DNA of 64,000 nucleotides from an uncultured delta proteobacterium (GCA_963810935.1 CAWEPK010000011.1:32001-96000), one strand, 5' to 3'. Positions 1 through 10,490 are shown, counted from the first letter of the stretch. The notes: generated by a model not told the origin, from the sequence alone. Made by a program: numbers and translations.

Positions 1-171
1 GTGACGGCCCAGGCGGCGCTGCTTACGAACCAAAGGAGCGCAATAAGCATCGCGTACCGGCGCACGGCGGCAGCCGTCCTTCTCGTCCAGGCCCTGGGCG
101 GCGGCTGGAGCGACCGCGACCTGCCGCAGATAAAGCGCGGATCGGTCAAGAAAGGATCGCCTGCACCATAA
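1..171 (+). CDS. C-terminal fragment of an RND efflux outer-membrane factor (OprM/NodT family), truncated by window edge
   Basis: Frame 1 reads ...AAAVLLVQALGGGWSDRDLP...* (TAA 169-171); ALGGGW is the typical C-terminal motif of NodT/OprM lipoproteins. Confidence 0.75.
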   Translation: MTAQAALLTNQRSAISIAYRRTAAAVLLVQALGGGWSDRDLPQIKRGSVKKGSPAP

Positions 172-215
172 TTTGTGGAATGAAAATTAAAGGCGGAAAA
201 GCGAAAGACGCGGCG

Positions 216-1196
216 TCAGGTCCGCATCAGGCCGAGGGCGGCCCGCACCTCGTCCATGGTTTCGGCCGCCATCCGGCTGCATGCGACTGCGCCGTCGCGG
301 AGTGCGTCGATGACGTATTTCGGGTCGCTCTTGAGCTGTAAGGCTTTTTCCCTGATGGGGGTAAGCTCCGCCATCATATTTTTGAAGAGTACTTTTTTGC
401 AGTCTATGCAGCCGACGCCCGCGCTCCTGCAAGCCGCGTCCAGCTCCTTCAACTCAGTCTCAGACGAAAAGGCCCGGTGCATCGTAAAGATGTTGCAGAT
501 ATCCGGGTTTCCCACGTCCGAGCGGCGCACCCTTGCCACGTCCGTCACTGCGGTCCGGAGCTTCTCCCAGATTGCGCCCTCGTCTTCCAGGATGCCGATG
601 TAGTTGTTTAGGGTCTTCGACATCTTATTCTTACCTTCCATGCCCATGATCCTCGGCGCGCACGAAAGGACCGCCTTAGGCTCGGGGAAGATAGGCCCGT
701 ACCGGGCGTTGAACTTCCGGGCAACTTCGCGGGACAGTTCGACGTGCTGTACCTGGTCCTCGCCGACAGGCACGAAACCCGCCTTATAGACAAGGATGTC
801 GGCCGCCTGCAAAACGGGGTAGTCCATGAGGCCCATATTGAGGTTCGATCTGTGCTGGCGCGATTTATCTTTGAACTGGGTCATCCGTTCCAGGTCCCCG
901 ATGGGCGTCAGACAGTTGAATATCCAGCAGAGCTCCGTATGCTCCCTCACGTGGGACTGGACAATCACGTGGCACCTTGCAGGGTCGAGGCCGCAGGCGA
1001 TCAGGATGATCGCGGTGTCGAGGCACCTTCGGGCGAACTCCCCCGTCTCATACTCGATAGTTATGGCGTGGTAGTCGACCACTCCGTAGATGCACTCGTA
1101 CTCGTCCATGAGCGCTACCCATTGTCTGAGTGCACCCACGTAGTTGCCGATATGTATATCGCCGGTAGGCTGTATTCCGCTGAAAATCCTGTCCAT
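216..1196 (-). CDS. trpS: Tryptophanyl-tRNA synthetase
   Basis: FSGIQPTG, HIGN (HIGH-like), YPVLQAADIL, VPVGEDQ and KMSKT (KMSKS-like) motifs; start MDRIFSG with GGAG upstream. Confidence 0.97.
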   Translation of the reverse strand: MDRIFSGIQPTGDIHIGNYVGALRQWVALMDEYECIYGVVDYHAITIEYETGEFARRCLDTAIILIACGLDPARCHVIVQSHVREHTELCWIFNCLTPIGDLERMTQFKDKSRQHRSNLNMGLMDYPVLQAADILVYKAGFVPVGEDQVQHVELSREVARKFNARYGPIFPEPKAVLSCAPRIMGMEGKNKMSKTLNNYIGILEDEGAIWEKLRTAVTDVARVRRSDVGNPDICNIFTMHRAFSSETELKELDAACRSAGVGCIDCKKVLFKNMMAELTPIREKALQLKSDPKYVIDALRDGAVACSRMAAETMDEVRAALGLMRT

Positions 1197-1306
1197 GTAG
1201 GCTCCCGAAACTCGATAATCTACAATAAGCACGCGCCGAAATCAATACGAGGGCATCGGAAACCGGCATAACGCCCGGCTGAGGTTCGGCGTGCGCCGCA
1301 ATATAG

Positions 1307-1335
1307 TTGACAGAAAAAGTAGGAAAACTTAATCT
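1307..1335 (+). promoter_or_regulatory. sigma70 promoter of the Rrf2 gene
   Basis: TTGACA (1307-1312), 17 bp, TAATCT (1330-1335); ATG only 6 nt downstream. Confidence 0.6.
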
Positions 1336-1341
1336 AAATGC

Positions 1342-1809
1342 ATGAAGGTTTCGACACAGAGCAGATACGGAGTGCGGGCGGTCTTCGACATCGCGTACAA
1401 TTCTTCGGGCAAGCCGTGTCAGGTCAAAGAGATCGCGGAAAGACAAGCCCTTTCGCCCCGGTACATCGAGCAGATCTTCCAGAAGCTGAAGCGCGCCGGC
1501 ATCGTCAAAGGCGTGCGGGGCCCTTCGGGCGGCTATTGCCTTGCCAAAGAGCCGGAAAAGATCAGCGTGGGCGACATAGTGCGGGCGGCGGAAGGAGAGG
1601 TCGAGCTGGTTAGTTGCCTGCGTCCCGCAAAAGGCAGGAAAAAGGCGTGCGACCGCATCGATCGGTGCATGGTGCGCGACGTGTGGGCGGAAGGCACGGC
1701 GCGGCTTATGGCCTACCTGGATTCGGTCAGCATCGCGGAGCTTTGCAGGGAAGCCGGTTCAAAGGGGCCAGGCAGGCGGGCCGGCGACCGGGTCACCTAT
1801 TATATATAG
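1342..1809 (+). CDS. Rrf2-family transcriptional regulator (IscR/CymR-like, three C-terminal Cys)
   Basis: MKVSTQSRYGVRA, YIEQIF..LKRAGIV...RGPSGGY.LA; C-terminal SC...C.....C could ligate an Fe-S cluster. Confidence 0.92.
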   Translation: MKVSTQSRYGVRAVFDIAYNSSGKPCQVKEIAERQALSPRYIEQIFQKLKRAGIVKGVRGPSGGYCLAKEPEKISVGDIVRAAEGEVELVSCLRPAKGRKKACDRIDRCMVRDVWAEGTARLMAYLDSVSIAELCREAGSKGPGRRAGDRVTYYI

Positions 1810-1836
1810 AATGCATATACGCCGGGCAACTGCCTG

Positions 1837-2127
1837 TTATCCTCCGGAGCACATCATGAAACGGGGCGCTTCAAGAATGAGCACTTCCGTTTGCCCTTTT
1901 TCCATCTTGCTGTGGCATATCATAAGGAACTGCTGAAAGCTCGTCACCTGCCATCCGCTGACGATCCTCCAGAATTCCGGGTTGGCCCAATCCCATTTCT
2001 GCGCCTCATCGAGCGTGGCGTACCTTTCGAGGCCCGTTTCGCGATTGAGCACTTTCACCCTGATCTTGTACGTGACCTTTTCTTCTCCGCTGCCCGCTGC
2101 CTTCGCATCTTTTTGCTCTTCCGGCAT
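1837..2127 (-). CDS. Small protein ending in -CSGG; putative divergent ubiquitin-like/sulfur-carrier protein
   Basis: Strong RBS (AGGAGG) before ATG 2127; 96 aa; C-terminal GG; lies directly downstream of the E1-like gene. Confidence 0.6.
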   Translation of the reverse strand: MPEEQKDAKAAGSGEEKVTYKIRVKVLNRETGLERYATLDEAQKWDWANPEFWRIVSGWQVTSFQQFLMICHSKMEKGQTEVLILEAPRFMMCSGG

Positions 2128-2190
2128 GTCTGCTCCTCCTGCTGCTATCGTGAGGCTTTCGCTGTTAGTGCTCGCTTCACGCACGTACGA

Positions 2191-3397
2191 TCAATATCCC
2201 AGGTCGCATACGTTGATCTCATATTCCGCGCTGCCCTCTCCGGTCAGCGCCGTAATAGTCGGGCTTTCCCCGCACAGCGCGCACCCCGGCCGCCTGCCGA
2301 GATCGACGGTTGCCGTGCTTGCGTTGAGGGCGTTATATATATAGAACCTGCCGATCATCGGCGTGCCTATTCCGAGTATTATCTTGGCCGCTTCCGTCGC
2401 CTGCACGAGGCCTATGTGCCCTGGCACCATGCCGAGGACCCCGATCTGGCTGCAATTGGGGGTGAGGTTCTGGGCGGGCGGCACAGGGAAAATGCATCGC
2501 AGGCAGGGCCCGCTTTTCTTCGGCCAGAAGACGCACGCCTGGCCGTCGAAGCCGACGGCGCCGCCGAAGATATATGGCTTGCCCGCAAAATAACAGGCGT
2601 CGTGTATCAGGAACTTGGTGCCGATATTGTCTGCCGCGTCCAGCACGACGTCGAAGCCCTGAACGATCTCAAGGGCATTGCCGGGTGCGAAAAACTCCTG
2701 ATAAGTGACTACCTCGATTTCCGGGTTGATCCTCTCTAAGGCCGATTTGGCCGAATCGACCTTATACCTGCCTATATCTGCGGTCCCGTGGATTATCTGC
2801 CTGTTCAGGTTGGAGAGTGAGACCTTGTCAAAATCGATCAGGCCGATGGTACCCACGCCCGCCGCCGCGAGGTACGGCGCAGCAGACGAGGCGAGGCCGC
2901 CTGCGCCGACAAGGAGGACTTTGGAGTGCATGAGCCGGAGCTGGCCCTCCTGTCCGATTTCCTTGAGAAGCATGTTCCTGCTGTAGCGGTCGAGCTGGCG
3001 ACCGGGTGAACCCCGTATCCGATGCAACGGGCGCCCCGGACTCCATCCACGCCTTGTAGCCGCCTGCAACGGAGCGGGCGTTGGCATAGCCGATTTTCCG
3101 GAGCTTTTCTGCGGCCCGCAACGATATGTTGCCGCTGCCGCAGTAAAGCAGTATGGGCGCCTGTTTGTCTTGCGTGAGCTTGCCGATCTCTTCTTCGATG
3201 ACGCCCGGAGGGACCAAGTGCGCCCCCTCGATGCTGCCCATGCAAAGCTCGCCTTCGCCCCGCAAGTCGATAAGGACGACAGGGCTGCCGCCCGAAAGCA
3301 GGCTCACTGCCTTGTCCACGGGTATCTCGAGCGCACCCGGTCCGCCGGAGGACGCTTGCGGGCCATGCCCGGCTGATTGTTTGTCCTGCGTTGTCAT
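2191..3397 (-). CDS. moeB: Rhodanese-MoeB/ThiF (E1-like) fusion; one frameshift near 2997-3006
   Basis: N-part rhodanese (LYCGSGN, SVAGGYKAW); C-part RYSRN, VLLVGAGG, DFDKVSLSNLNRQ, CLRC, NCSQIGVLG, CALC. The two track ORFs join on removing one base. Confidence 0.88.
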
Positions 3398-3651
3398 GAC
3401 ATCACGTTCACGATAGTAAACTTATCTTGTCTGAATAATATATACTTTAGCGATTTACTAATCAATAACATTTACGAATTACCGGATAGATTTGAGGGAA
3501 CCTGCTTAAGGGCCACCGGCGCCGCCTATCGTGCTTCCTGCTTTGCGCGACCCCGCCGATTCAGGATAGAGAATACGCAATCGCCCCGAGGCCTTTGCTT
3601 ACAAACGCCATCAGGGCCTGAAACAAGGCTGTCTATACTTGAGTGGTTTGG

Positions 3652-3680
3652 TTGACAATAGAACGGGCCGGGCATATACT
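3652..3680 (+). promoter_or_regulatory. sigma70 promoter of the metal-efflux operon
   Basis: TTGACA (3652-3657), 17 bp, TATACT (3675-3680); ATG at 3689. Confidence 0.65.
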
Positions 3681-3688
3681 AGGGCACT

Positions 3689-4105
3689 ATGACAACGGTA
3701 TCAGGCTCGGGCAAGAGAGGCATTAACGTATCTGTTTTGCTGGCCGTTTGCCTTTCCTTCCTCTTGTCTCCGGCGCTGTCCGCGGCCGGCGGCGTCATAA
3801 GTCCGTGCAGCCTGCAACCGGCATCCGTTCACATGCAAGAACATGGGACAGGCGGCCACGCGTGCGCCTGCTGCAAGCATGAGAAAGGGGCGCGTAGTGC
3901 GCCGTGTGCATTGGAAGCCAAGTGCAGCCCCGCCAGGGGCCATGAGTTTTCCGTTGTCTCGAGTATGGGCGCGCAAATTCCCGTGCTCGGTGCCGGTCCC
4001 TCTCCCATGTCTCCGAACCGGTCGGCCGCTAAGGGCCGGGAGGCGCCGAAGAACGTCTGCGCGCGAGAAACGACCTACCTGATAAATCTCAAGCTCCTCT
4101 GCTGA
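3689..4105 (+). CDS. Cys/His-rich exported small protein heading the Cus operon (DUF2946-like position)
   Basis: Hydrophobic signal-like N-terminus, HMQEH..GGHACACCKH, first gene after the promoter. Confidence 0.5.
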   Translation: MTTVSGSGKRGINVSVLLAVCLSFLLSPALSAAGGVISPCSLQPASVHMQEHGTGGHACACCKHEKGARSAPCALEAKCSPARGHEFSVVSSMGAQIPVLGAGPSPMSPNRSAAKGREAPKNVCARETTYLINLKLLC

Positions 4106-4239
4106 TCTGTCCGCCCCGGCCCGTCTGACCGGGGGCCTTCGCATCTCATTCATCTCAAACCTAATTTTAAGCTGTGCGCCGCGGGTTCGCTTTCGCTTTT
4201 CAGCGCTGTCGCGCCCGGCGATCGCAGAAGGAGAAGACC

Positions 4240-4626
4240 ATGCGCAAGTTGACAATTATCCTTATGATGCTTCTGCTTACAGTAGGGGCAGTCTACGCCG
4301 CCAATACAATCACGAAAAAGGCGGGGGAGTATACCGTCGAGCTCACGATCGACAAGAACCCGCCTGTAGCCGGAAAGAACAACATAGATATCGCTGTAAA
4401 GGATAAGGCGGGTAAGCCCGTGACGGACGCCAAGGTCCTCGTCGAGTACTCCATGCCGGCGATGCCCGGCATGCCCGCGATGCATTATAAGGCCGAGGCC
4501 GTTCTGTCGGGCGACAGGTACAAGACCGTTATCGAGCCTTCCATGGGCGGCTCGTGGAGCCTGACGGCCAAAGTGAGCCGGGCCGGGAAAATGGATACTG
4601 CGCGATTTACCATTGACGTCAAGTAA
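4240..4626 (+). CDS. FixH/YtkA-like periplasmic Ig-fold protein, Met-rich metal chaperone
   Basis: Signal peptide, GKPVTDAKV.VEYSMPAMPGMPAM, GGSW; RBS AAGGAG. Confidence 0.8.
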   Translation: MRKLTIILMMLLLTVGAVYAANTITKKAGEYTVELTIDKNPPVAGKNNIDIAVKDKAGKPVTDAKVLVEYSMPAMPGMPAMHYKAEAVLSGDRYKTVIEPSMGGSWSLTAKVSRAGKMDTARFTIDVK

Positions 4627-4646
4627 GTCATGCGGGAGGCGTCATA

Positions 4647-5949
4647 ATGCTATCGCCTGCGAGAAACAATCGGAACGTCGGAAGATTGACTCTATCGCTT
4701 TTATTCCTTCTGGCCGCACTGGCGCTGCCTCCCGGACCGAGCTTTTGCCCTGGAAGGGACGCTCGTTCTGGACGAGCTTATCGCCGAGGGACTCAGGAAC
4801 AGCCCCGAGATCCAGGCTGCGAGATTACGGGCGGATGCGGCCGGCTACCGCATCCCCCAGGCCAAAAGCCTGCCCGACCCGATGGCGACGTTAGGCTACC
4901 AGAACGATGGCTTCAACCGCTTTACCCTCGGCGACAGCATCATGACCATGGGCATAGCGGGCGTGTCCCAGCAGTTTCCTTTCTGGGGGAAGCGGGCACT
5001 TAAGGGCGAGATGGCGACACGAGACGCAGAGAGCGAGGTGGCCCTGTCGGCCGCTTCGAGGCACCGGGTGGTGGCGCAGATAAAGCTCGTCTTTTACGAC
5101 CTCTTTCTTGCCTACAAAACGATGGACGTCCTGGAAGACAGGACGGCGCTCTTTTCGAAGATAGAAGATGCGGCGCAAAGCAGGTACGCGTCAGGGACCG
5201 GCATGCAGCAGGAGGTCGTCATGGCGCAGACGGAAAAGTATATGATCCTTGAAAAACAGGAGATGCAGCGCCAGCGTTTGCAGGCCCTCCAGGGCATGCT
5301 GAATGCTGCGGTGGGCAGGCAGGTGAGCGCGCCACTCGGCCGTCCTGCCCTGCCCGCCGCCACCCGGTTTCCCTTCACACTCGACGAGGCGGTGGGCATG
5401 GCGAAAGAGCATTCGCCCGATGTGAGATCGAAACAGAAAATGGTGGAGGGCGCCGAGGCAAAGGTCAAGCTGGCGAGGAAGGAGTATTATCCCGACGTGA
5501 CGGTCGGCGGCAACTATTTTTACAGGTCGGGGAACCTCGGAGATATGTGGGCCCTGACTTTCAGCTTCAACCTGCCGATCTTCTATAAAACGAAGCAGGA
5601 GCAGGCCCTGGCCGAGGCGCAGGTGTCGCTGAGCCAGGCTAAGCGTGAGCTGGCCGCAACGGAGCTGATGCTCGCATCGAGCGTGAAGGAAGGCTATTCA
5701 ATGGTGGAGGCGGCGGACAGGTTGATGAAACTTTACAAAGAGGGGCTTATCCCGAAGACGAACCAGGACGTCCAGCTTGCCTTTTCGAATTACGTGACCG
5801 GAAGGGTCGACGCCCTCACCGCCATAACGAGGATCAAGAACCTCCTCGATTACGACCTGCTTTATTGGGGCCAGTTGGTGGAAAGGGAGAAGGCCATAGC
5901 AAAACTCCATGCAGTCATGGGGATGGAGCAGATGGGAGAGACACGATGA
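4647..5949 (+). CDS. TolC-family outer-membrane protein (CusC-like); frameshift near 4743-4746
   Basis: Signal peptide from 4647; removing one T gives PSFALEGTLVLDELIAEGLRNSPEIQAAR...LPDP, continuous with ORF 4882-5949 (SQQFPFWGKR, LPIF). Confidence 0.85.
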
Positions 5950-7244
5950 AAAATCGAAAGAAAGTGATAGCGGTCGCGGCTCTCCTCGCCGTTCTTTCGT
6001 TGTTGTTCTATTTCTCGAAACCGGGCAAGCCCGGAACCGCTGCAGCCCAGGAGAAGATGGGTGCCATGCCCGGCATGCCGGCCGAAAAACCGTCAGCCGA
6101 AAACGTGCCTCCCCAAGGGGCTGCGGCAGAGGCGCCCAATTTCGAAATATCGCCCGAGAAGCAGCAACTCATCGGAGTGAAGGTCGCCGCCGCGCAACTC
6201 CTTCCCCTGATGAAAACCATACGTACGGTCGGCCTTGTTGAGTATGACCAGCGACGCCAACAGACGATCAACACGAAGGTCGAGGGCTGGGTCGAGAAGC
6301 TTTACGTGAACTTCGTGGGAGTCTACGTAAAGAAAGGGGACCCCGTCGCGGACATATACAGCCCGGAACTCTGGGCGAGCCAGCAGGAGTTCATCAATGT
6401 AGTGAGGTGGGCGAAACGCACCGATGCAAAGAAGGGCGGGCAGGCAACGGAGGCGGCCTCCCAGGCCGGCGCGCCTGACGTCAACGCGATGATCGAGGGG
6501 GACGCCCGGTCACTGGTCGAGGCAGCGCGGCAGCGCCTGAAGCTCTACGACATAAGCGACGCCCAGATAAAAAAGATCGAAGAGAGCGAAAAACCCATCC
6601 GTACGCTTACCATCTACAGCCCTTACAACGGATATGTCCTGCAAAAGAACGTGAACCAGGGCAGCCGCGTAATGCCGGGTGCCGACCTCCTGGATGTGGC
6701 GGACCTGTCGATGGTATGGATCACCGCCGACATTTACGAATACGAGATGCCGTTAATCAAAGTGGGAGACAGCGCAATCGTCAGCTTGAGCTACCTGCCG
6801 GGCAGGCAGTTCGCCACAAGGATCGACTACATCTACCCCACGCTTCAGGGAGAGACGAGGACACTGAAGGCCCGCTTCACGCTCCCTAACGAAGGGGGAA
6901 GGCTCAAGCCCCAGATGTTTACCAACGTAGAGATGAAGATAGGTCTCGGCAAAAGGCTCGCAGTCCCGGCCGATGCGGTCATTAATACGGGCATCAGGCA
7001 GGTCGTCTATATCGACAAGGGCGAGGGCATTTTCGAGCCCAGGGAGGTCTTGACGGGTGTGCAGACGGACGACCTCGTCGAGGTCACTGCGGGCCTCAAG
7101 GCAGGGGAGAAGGTTGCGTCGGCTGCCAATTTCCTCATCGACTCGGAGGCCAAGTTGAAAGGGGTCGAGCCGCTTCCGAGGCAGGCGCAGGGTCAGGCGA
7201 AGCCGCCGGGACAGGCGAGCGCACCGCCTGCCCATCATCATTAA
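5946..7244 (+). CDS. cusB: RND efflux periplasmic adaptor (CusB-like)
   Basis: KVEGWVEKLYVN, YSPEL..QQE, LKPQMF, GLKAGEKV...ANFLIDSE. Confidence 0.9.
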   Translation: MKNRKKVIAVAALLAVLSLLFYFSKPGKPGTAAAQEKMGAMPGMPAEKPSAENVPPQGAAAEAPNFEISPEKQQLIGVKVAAAQLLPLMKTIRTVGLVEYDQRRQQTINTKVEGWVEKLYVNFVGVYVKKGDPVADIYSPELWASQQEFINVVRWAKRTDAKKGGQATEAASQAGAPDVNAMIEGDARSLVEAARQRLKLYDISDAQIKKIEESEKPIRTLTIYSPYNGYVLQKNVNQGSRVMPGADLLDVADLSMVWITADIYEYEMPLIKVGDSAIVSLSYLPGRQFATRIDYIYPTLQGETRTLKARFTLPNEGGRLKPQMFTNVEMKIGLGKRLAVPADAVINTGIRQVVYIDKGEGIFEPREVLTGVQTDDLVEVTAGLKAGEKVASAANFLIDSEAKLKGVEPLPRQAQGQAKPPGQASAPPAHHH

Positions 7245-7258
7245 AGTGGGCCGCAGCC

Positions 7259-10200
7259 ATGATAGCTAAGATAATCGGATACAGCGCCCGCAACAAATTC
7301 ATCGTTTTCCTTTTCGTCTTTTTCGCCCTCGCCTGGGGCTGGTGGGCGATCAGGAACATTCCCCTCGACGCGATCCCCGACCTCTCCGATACGCAGGTCA
7401 TCATCTATACGGATTGGGCGGGCAGGAGCCCTGACCTCGTGGAGGACCAGATAACCTACCCCATTTCGTCGACGCTCCTCGCGGCCCCGCGCGTCCAGGC
7501 AGTGCGCGGCTTCTCGTATCTCGGAAGCTCCTTCATTTACGTGATTTTCAATGAGGGGACGGACATCTACTGGGCACGCAGCCGCGTCCTCGAATACCTT
7601 CAGGCCGTCCGCAACAAGCTCCCCGCGGACGTCAACCCCGTCCTCGGCCCCGACGCGACGAGCCTCGGCTGGGGCTTCGAATACGCGGTCGTCGATGAGA
7701 AGCACAACCTCGACCTTGCGCAGTTGCGCTCCCTCCAGGACTGGAACCTGAAGCTCGCGTTGGAAAGCGTTCCGGGCGTCGCGCAGGTTGCGAGCGTCGG
7801 CGGCTTCGTCAAGCAGTACCAGGTCACCGTCGACCCGAACCGCCTCCTCGGCTACAACATTCCCATAACGAAGGTGATGGAGGCCGTAAGGAGGAGCAAC
7901 CTCGACGTGGAAGGGCGCGTGCTCGACCTCTCCGGCTTCGAATACATGATAAGGGGGCGGGGATATATCAAGAGCGTGAGGGACATCGAGAACATCTCCG
8001 TCGGCGCGTCGGCCCAGGGCACCCCCATATACGTGAAGGACGTGGGCAACATCCAGCTCGGCCCCGAGATACGCAGGGGCGTAGCGGAGCTGGACGGCAG
8101 GGGCGAGGCGCCCGGCGGCATCGTCATCGTCCGTTTCGGCGAGAACGTACTCAACGTGATCGAGCGCGTTAAGGAGAAGATCAGGAGGGACGTTGGGCCT
8201 TCCCTGCCTCCCGGCGTAAAGATCGTACCGACATACGACCGGTCCGATCTCATCAACCGCTCCATTTCGACACTCAAGGACGAGATCGTCAAGCTCGCAA
8301 TCGCAGTCAGCGCGGTCTGCCTCATCTTCCTTTTCCACCTGCCTTCCGCGCTGGTTGTCATCCTCACGCTGCCTGTTGCCATCATAACGAGCTTTATCCT
8401 TATGTTCTACCTGGGGGTCACGTCGAACATCATGAGCCTATCCGGGATAGCCATCGCAATAGGGGCGATGGTAGACGCGTCCATCATCATGGTGGAGAAC
8501 GCCCACAAGAAGCTGGAGGAATGGGAAGAGGCGGGCCGCCCCGGAAACAGGACGGACGTCATCATTGAGGCGGCCAAAGAAGTAGGCCCGTCGCTCTTCT
8601 TCTCGCTGCTGGTCATTACCGTCGGGTTCCTCCCGGTCTTTACGCTCCAGGGGCAGGCGGGCAGGCTTTTCAAGCCCCTCGCATATACGAAGACGTTCGC
8701 CATGCTTTTTTCGTCTTTCCTCGCTGTGACCCTGACGCCTGTCCTCATGACGCTCTTCATCAGGGGGCGGATCAGGCCGGAAGAAAAAAATCCGATAAGC
8801 CGGTTCCTGCACTGGGCCTACGGGCCGGTCGCGAGTTTTGCCTTACAATTCAAGGTGCCCGTCATCGTAGGCGCGGCAATTATTTTGGTCGTCTCGATAT
8901 ACCCCTATACACGCCTCGGCTCTGAGTTCATGCCGCCGCTCTATGAGGGGACCCTGTTTTACATGCCGGTCACGGCCCCCGCCCCTTCCATATCGGTCGT
9001 CACCGACCTTCTTCAGTTGCAGAATAAGATCATCAAGCGCCTCCCGGAGGTGGAAAGCGTCTTCGGCAAGGCGGGAAGGGCGGAGACGGCCACAGACCCG
9101 GCGCCGATGGAGATGTTCGAGACCGTCATCAACCTGAAGCCGGAAAACAAATGGCGGCCCGGTATGACAGTTGCGAAGCTGACGGACGAGATGAACGACG
9201 CCCTGACGATCCCCGGTGTCTCGAACTCGTTCACCATGCCGATAAAGGCAAGGATAGACATGCTGGCGACAGGCATAAGGACGCCCGTAGGCATCAAGAT
9301 ACTGGGGCCGAACCTGGATGAGCTCGAGAAGATCGGCCTGGCGATAGAGCACCACATGAAATCGATCCCCGGCACAAGGAGCGTCTACGCCGAGAGGGTG
9401 ACCACGGGCTACTTCCTGGACATCACCGTGAAGCGTGAAGAGGCGGCCCGTTACGGCCTTGCCGTCCGGGACGTGCAGGACGTTATCGAGTCGGCCATCG
9501 GCGGCATGGACCTTACGACGACCATCGAGGGCAGGGAGCGCTACCCTGTGAACGTGCGCTATGCAAGGGACCTGCGGGGGAATATCGACCAGTTGAAAAG
9601 GGTGCTCGTGCCGATAGGGGCGATGGGGGGCGGCCGGGCGGTATCTCCGGAAGGCATGGGCGCGGCGGGCGCGCAGCCGCAGCCCGGCTACGCCAATCCG
9701 CAGGGCGGCCGTGTGCCGCTCACCCAGCTTGCGGATATAAAGGTCGTGCGTGGGCCGACGAACATAAAGAGCGAAGAGGGGCTTCTCGCAGAGTACGTCT
9801 ACGTCGATTTCTCCGGGCGTGATGTGGGCGGCTACGTGAACGAAGCGAAAAAAAGCGTCGCCTCCCTAAATATACCGGAAGGCTACAGGCTGGAGTGGAG
9901 CGGGGAGTACGAATACCTGGTAAAGACCCACGAGCGCCTCAAGCTCGTCATCCCCCTGACGCTCCTGGTTATCTTCATCCTCATCTTCTTCAATACGAAG
10001 TCGGTGACAAAGACGGTCATAGTGCTTCTGGCCGTGCCTTTTTCCCTGGTCGGGTCATTCTGGTTGCTTTATCTCCTCGGCTACAACATGAGCATCGCCG
10101 TCTGGGTGGGGATCATCGCCCTGGCAGGGCTCGACGCGGAGACTGGCGTCGTCATGCTCCTCTACCTGGAGCTTGCCCATGACGAATGGCGGAAAAAAGG

Positions 10201-10468
10201 CATGCTGAAAACGGCAGCCGACCTTAAGGGCGCGATCATGCAGGGCGCAGTCAAGAGGATACGCCCGAAGATCATGACGGTCGGGGTGATCCTCGCCGGT
10301 CTTATCCCCGTCATGTTCAGCCACGGGGCCGGCGCGGACGTGATGAAGCGGATCGCCGCGCCGATGGTCGGCGGCGTGATCACGTCAACTATGCTGGAGC
10401 TTGTCATCTATCCCGCCATCTATATGCTGTGGAAAGGCAGGGAGCTCAAACAGGCGCGCTCACGATGA
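7259..10468 (+). CDS. cusA: Heavy-metal RND permease CusA/CzcA family (Cu/Ag type)
   Basis: PLDAIPDLSDTQVII, GAMVDASIIMVEN, EFMPPLYEG, TDPAPMEMFET, RIDMLATG, MKRIAAPMVGG. Confidence 0.95.
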   Translation: MIAKIIGYSARNKFIVFLFVFFALAWGWWAIRNIPLDAIPDLSDTQVIIYTDWAGRSPDLVEDQITYPISSTLLAAPRVQAVRGFSYLGSSFIYVIFNEGTDIYWARSRVLEYLQAVRNKLPADVNPVLGPDATSLGWGFEYAVVDEKHNLDLAQLRSLQDWNLKLALESVPGVAQVASVGGFVKQYQVTVDPNRLLGYNIPITKVMEAVRRSNLDVEGRVLDLSGFEYMIRGRGYIKSVRDIENISVGASAQGTPIYVKDVGNIQLGPEIRRGVAELDGRGEAPGGIVIVRFGENVLNVIERVKEKIRRDVGPSLPPGVKIVPTYDRSDLINRSISTLKDEIVKLAIAVSAVCLIFLFHLPSALVVILTLPVAIITSFILMFYLGVTSNIMSLSGIAIAIGAMVDASIIMVENAHKKLEEWEEAGRPGNRTDVIIEAAKEVGPSLFFSLLVITVGFLPVFTLQGQAGRLFKPLAYTKTFAMLFSSFLAVTLTPVLMTLFIRGRIRPEEKNPISRFLHWAYGPVASFALQFKVPVIVGAAIILVVSIYPYTRLGSEFMPPLYEGTLFYMPVTAPAPSISVVTDLLQLQNKIIKRLPEVESVFGKAGRAETATDPAPMEMFETVINLKPENKWRPGMTVAKLTDEMNDALTIPGVSNSFTMPIKARIDMLATGIRTPVGIKILGPNLDELEKIGLAIEHHMKSIPGTRSVYAERVTTGYFLDITVKREEAARYGLAVRDVQDVIESAIGGMDLTTTIEGRERYPVNVRYARDLRGNIDQLKRVLVPIGAMGGGRAVSPEGMGAAGAQPQPGYANPQGGRVPLTQLADIKVVRGPTNIKSEEGLLAEYVYVDFSGRDVGGYVNEAKKSVASLNIPEGYRLEWSGEYEYLVKTHERLKLVIPLTLLVIFILIFFNTKSVTKTVIVLLAVPFSLVGSFWLLYLLGYNMSIAVWVGIIALAGLDAETGVVMLLYLELAHDEWRKKGMLKTAADLKGAIMQGAVKRIRPKIMTVGVILAGLIPVMFSHGAGADVMKRIAAPMVGGVITSTMLELVIYPAIYMLWKGRELKQARSR

Positions 10469-10490
10469 AAGGGCGATTTTCGCCCGGCCT

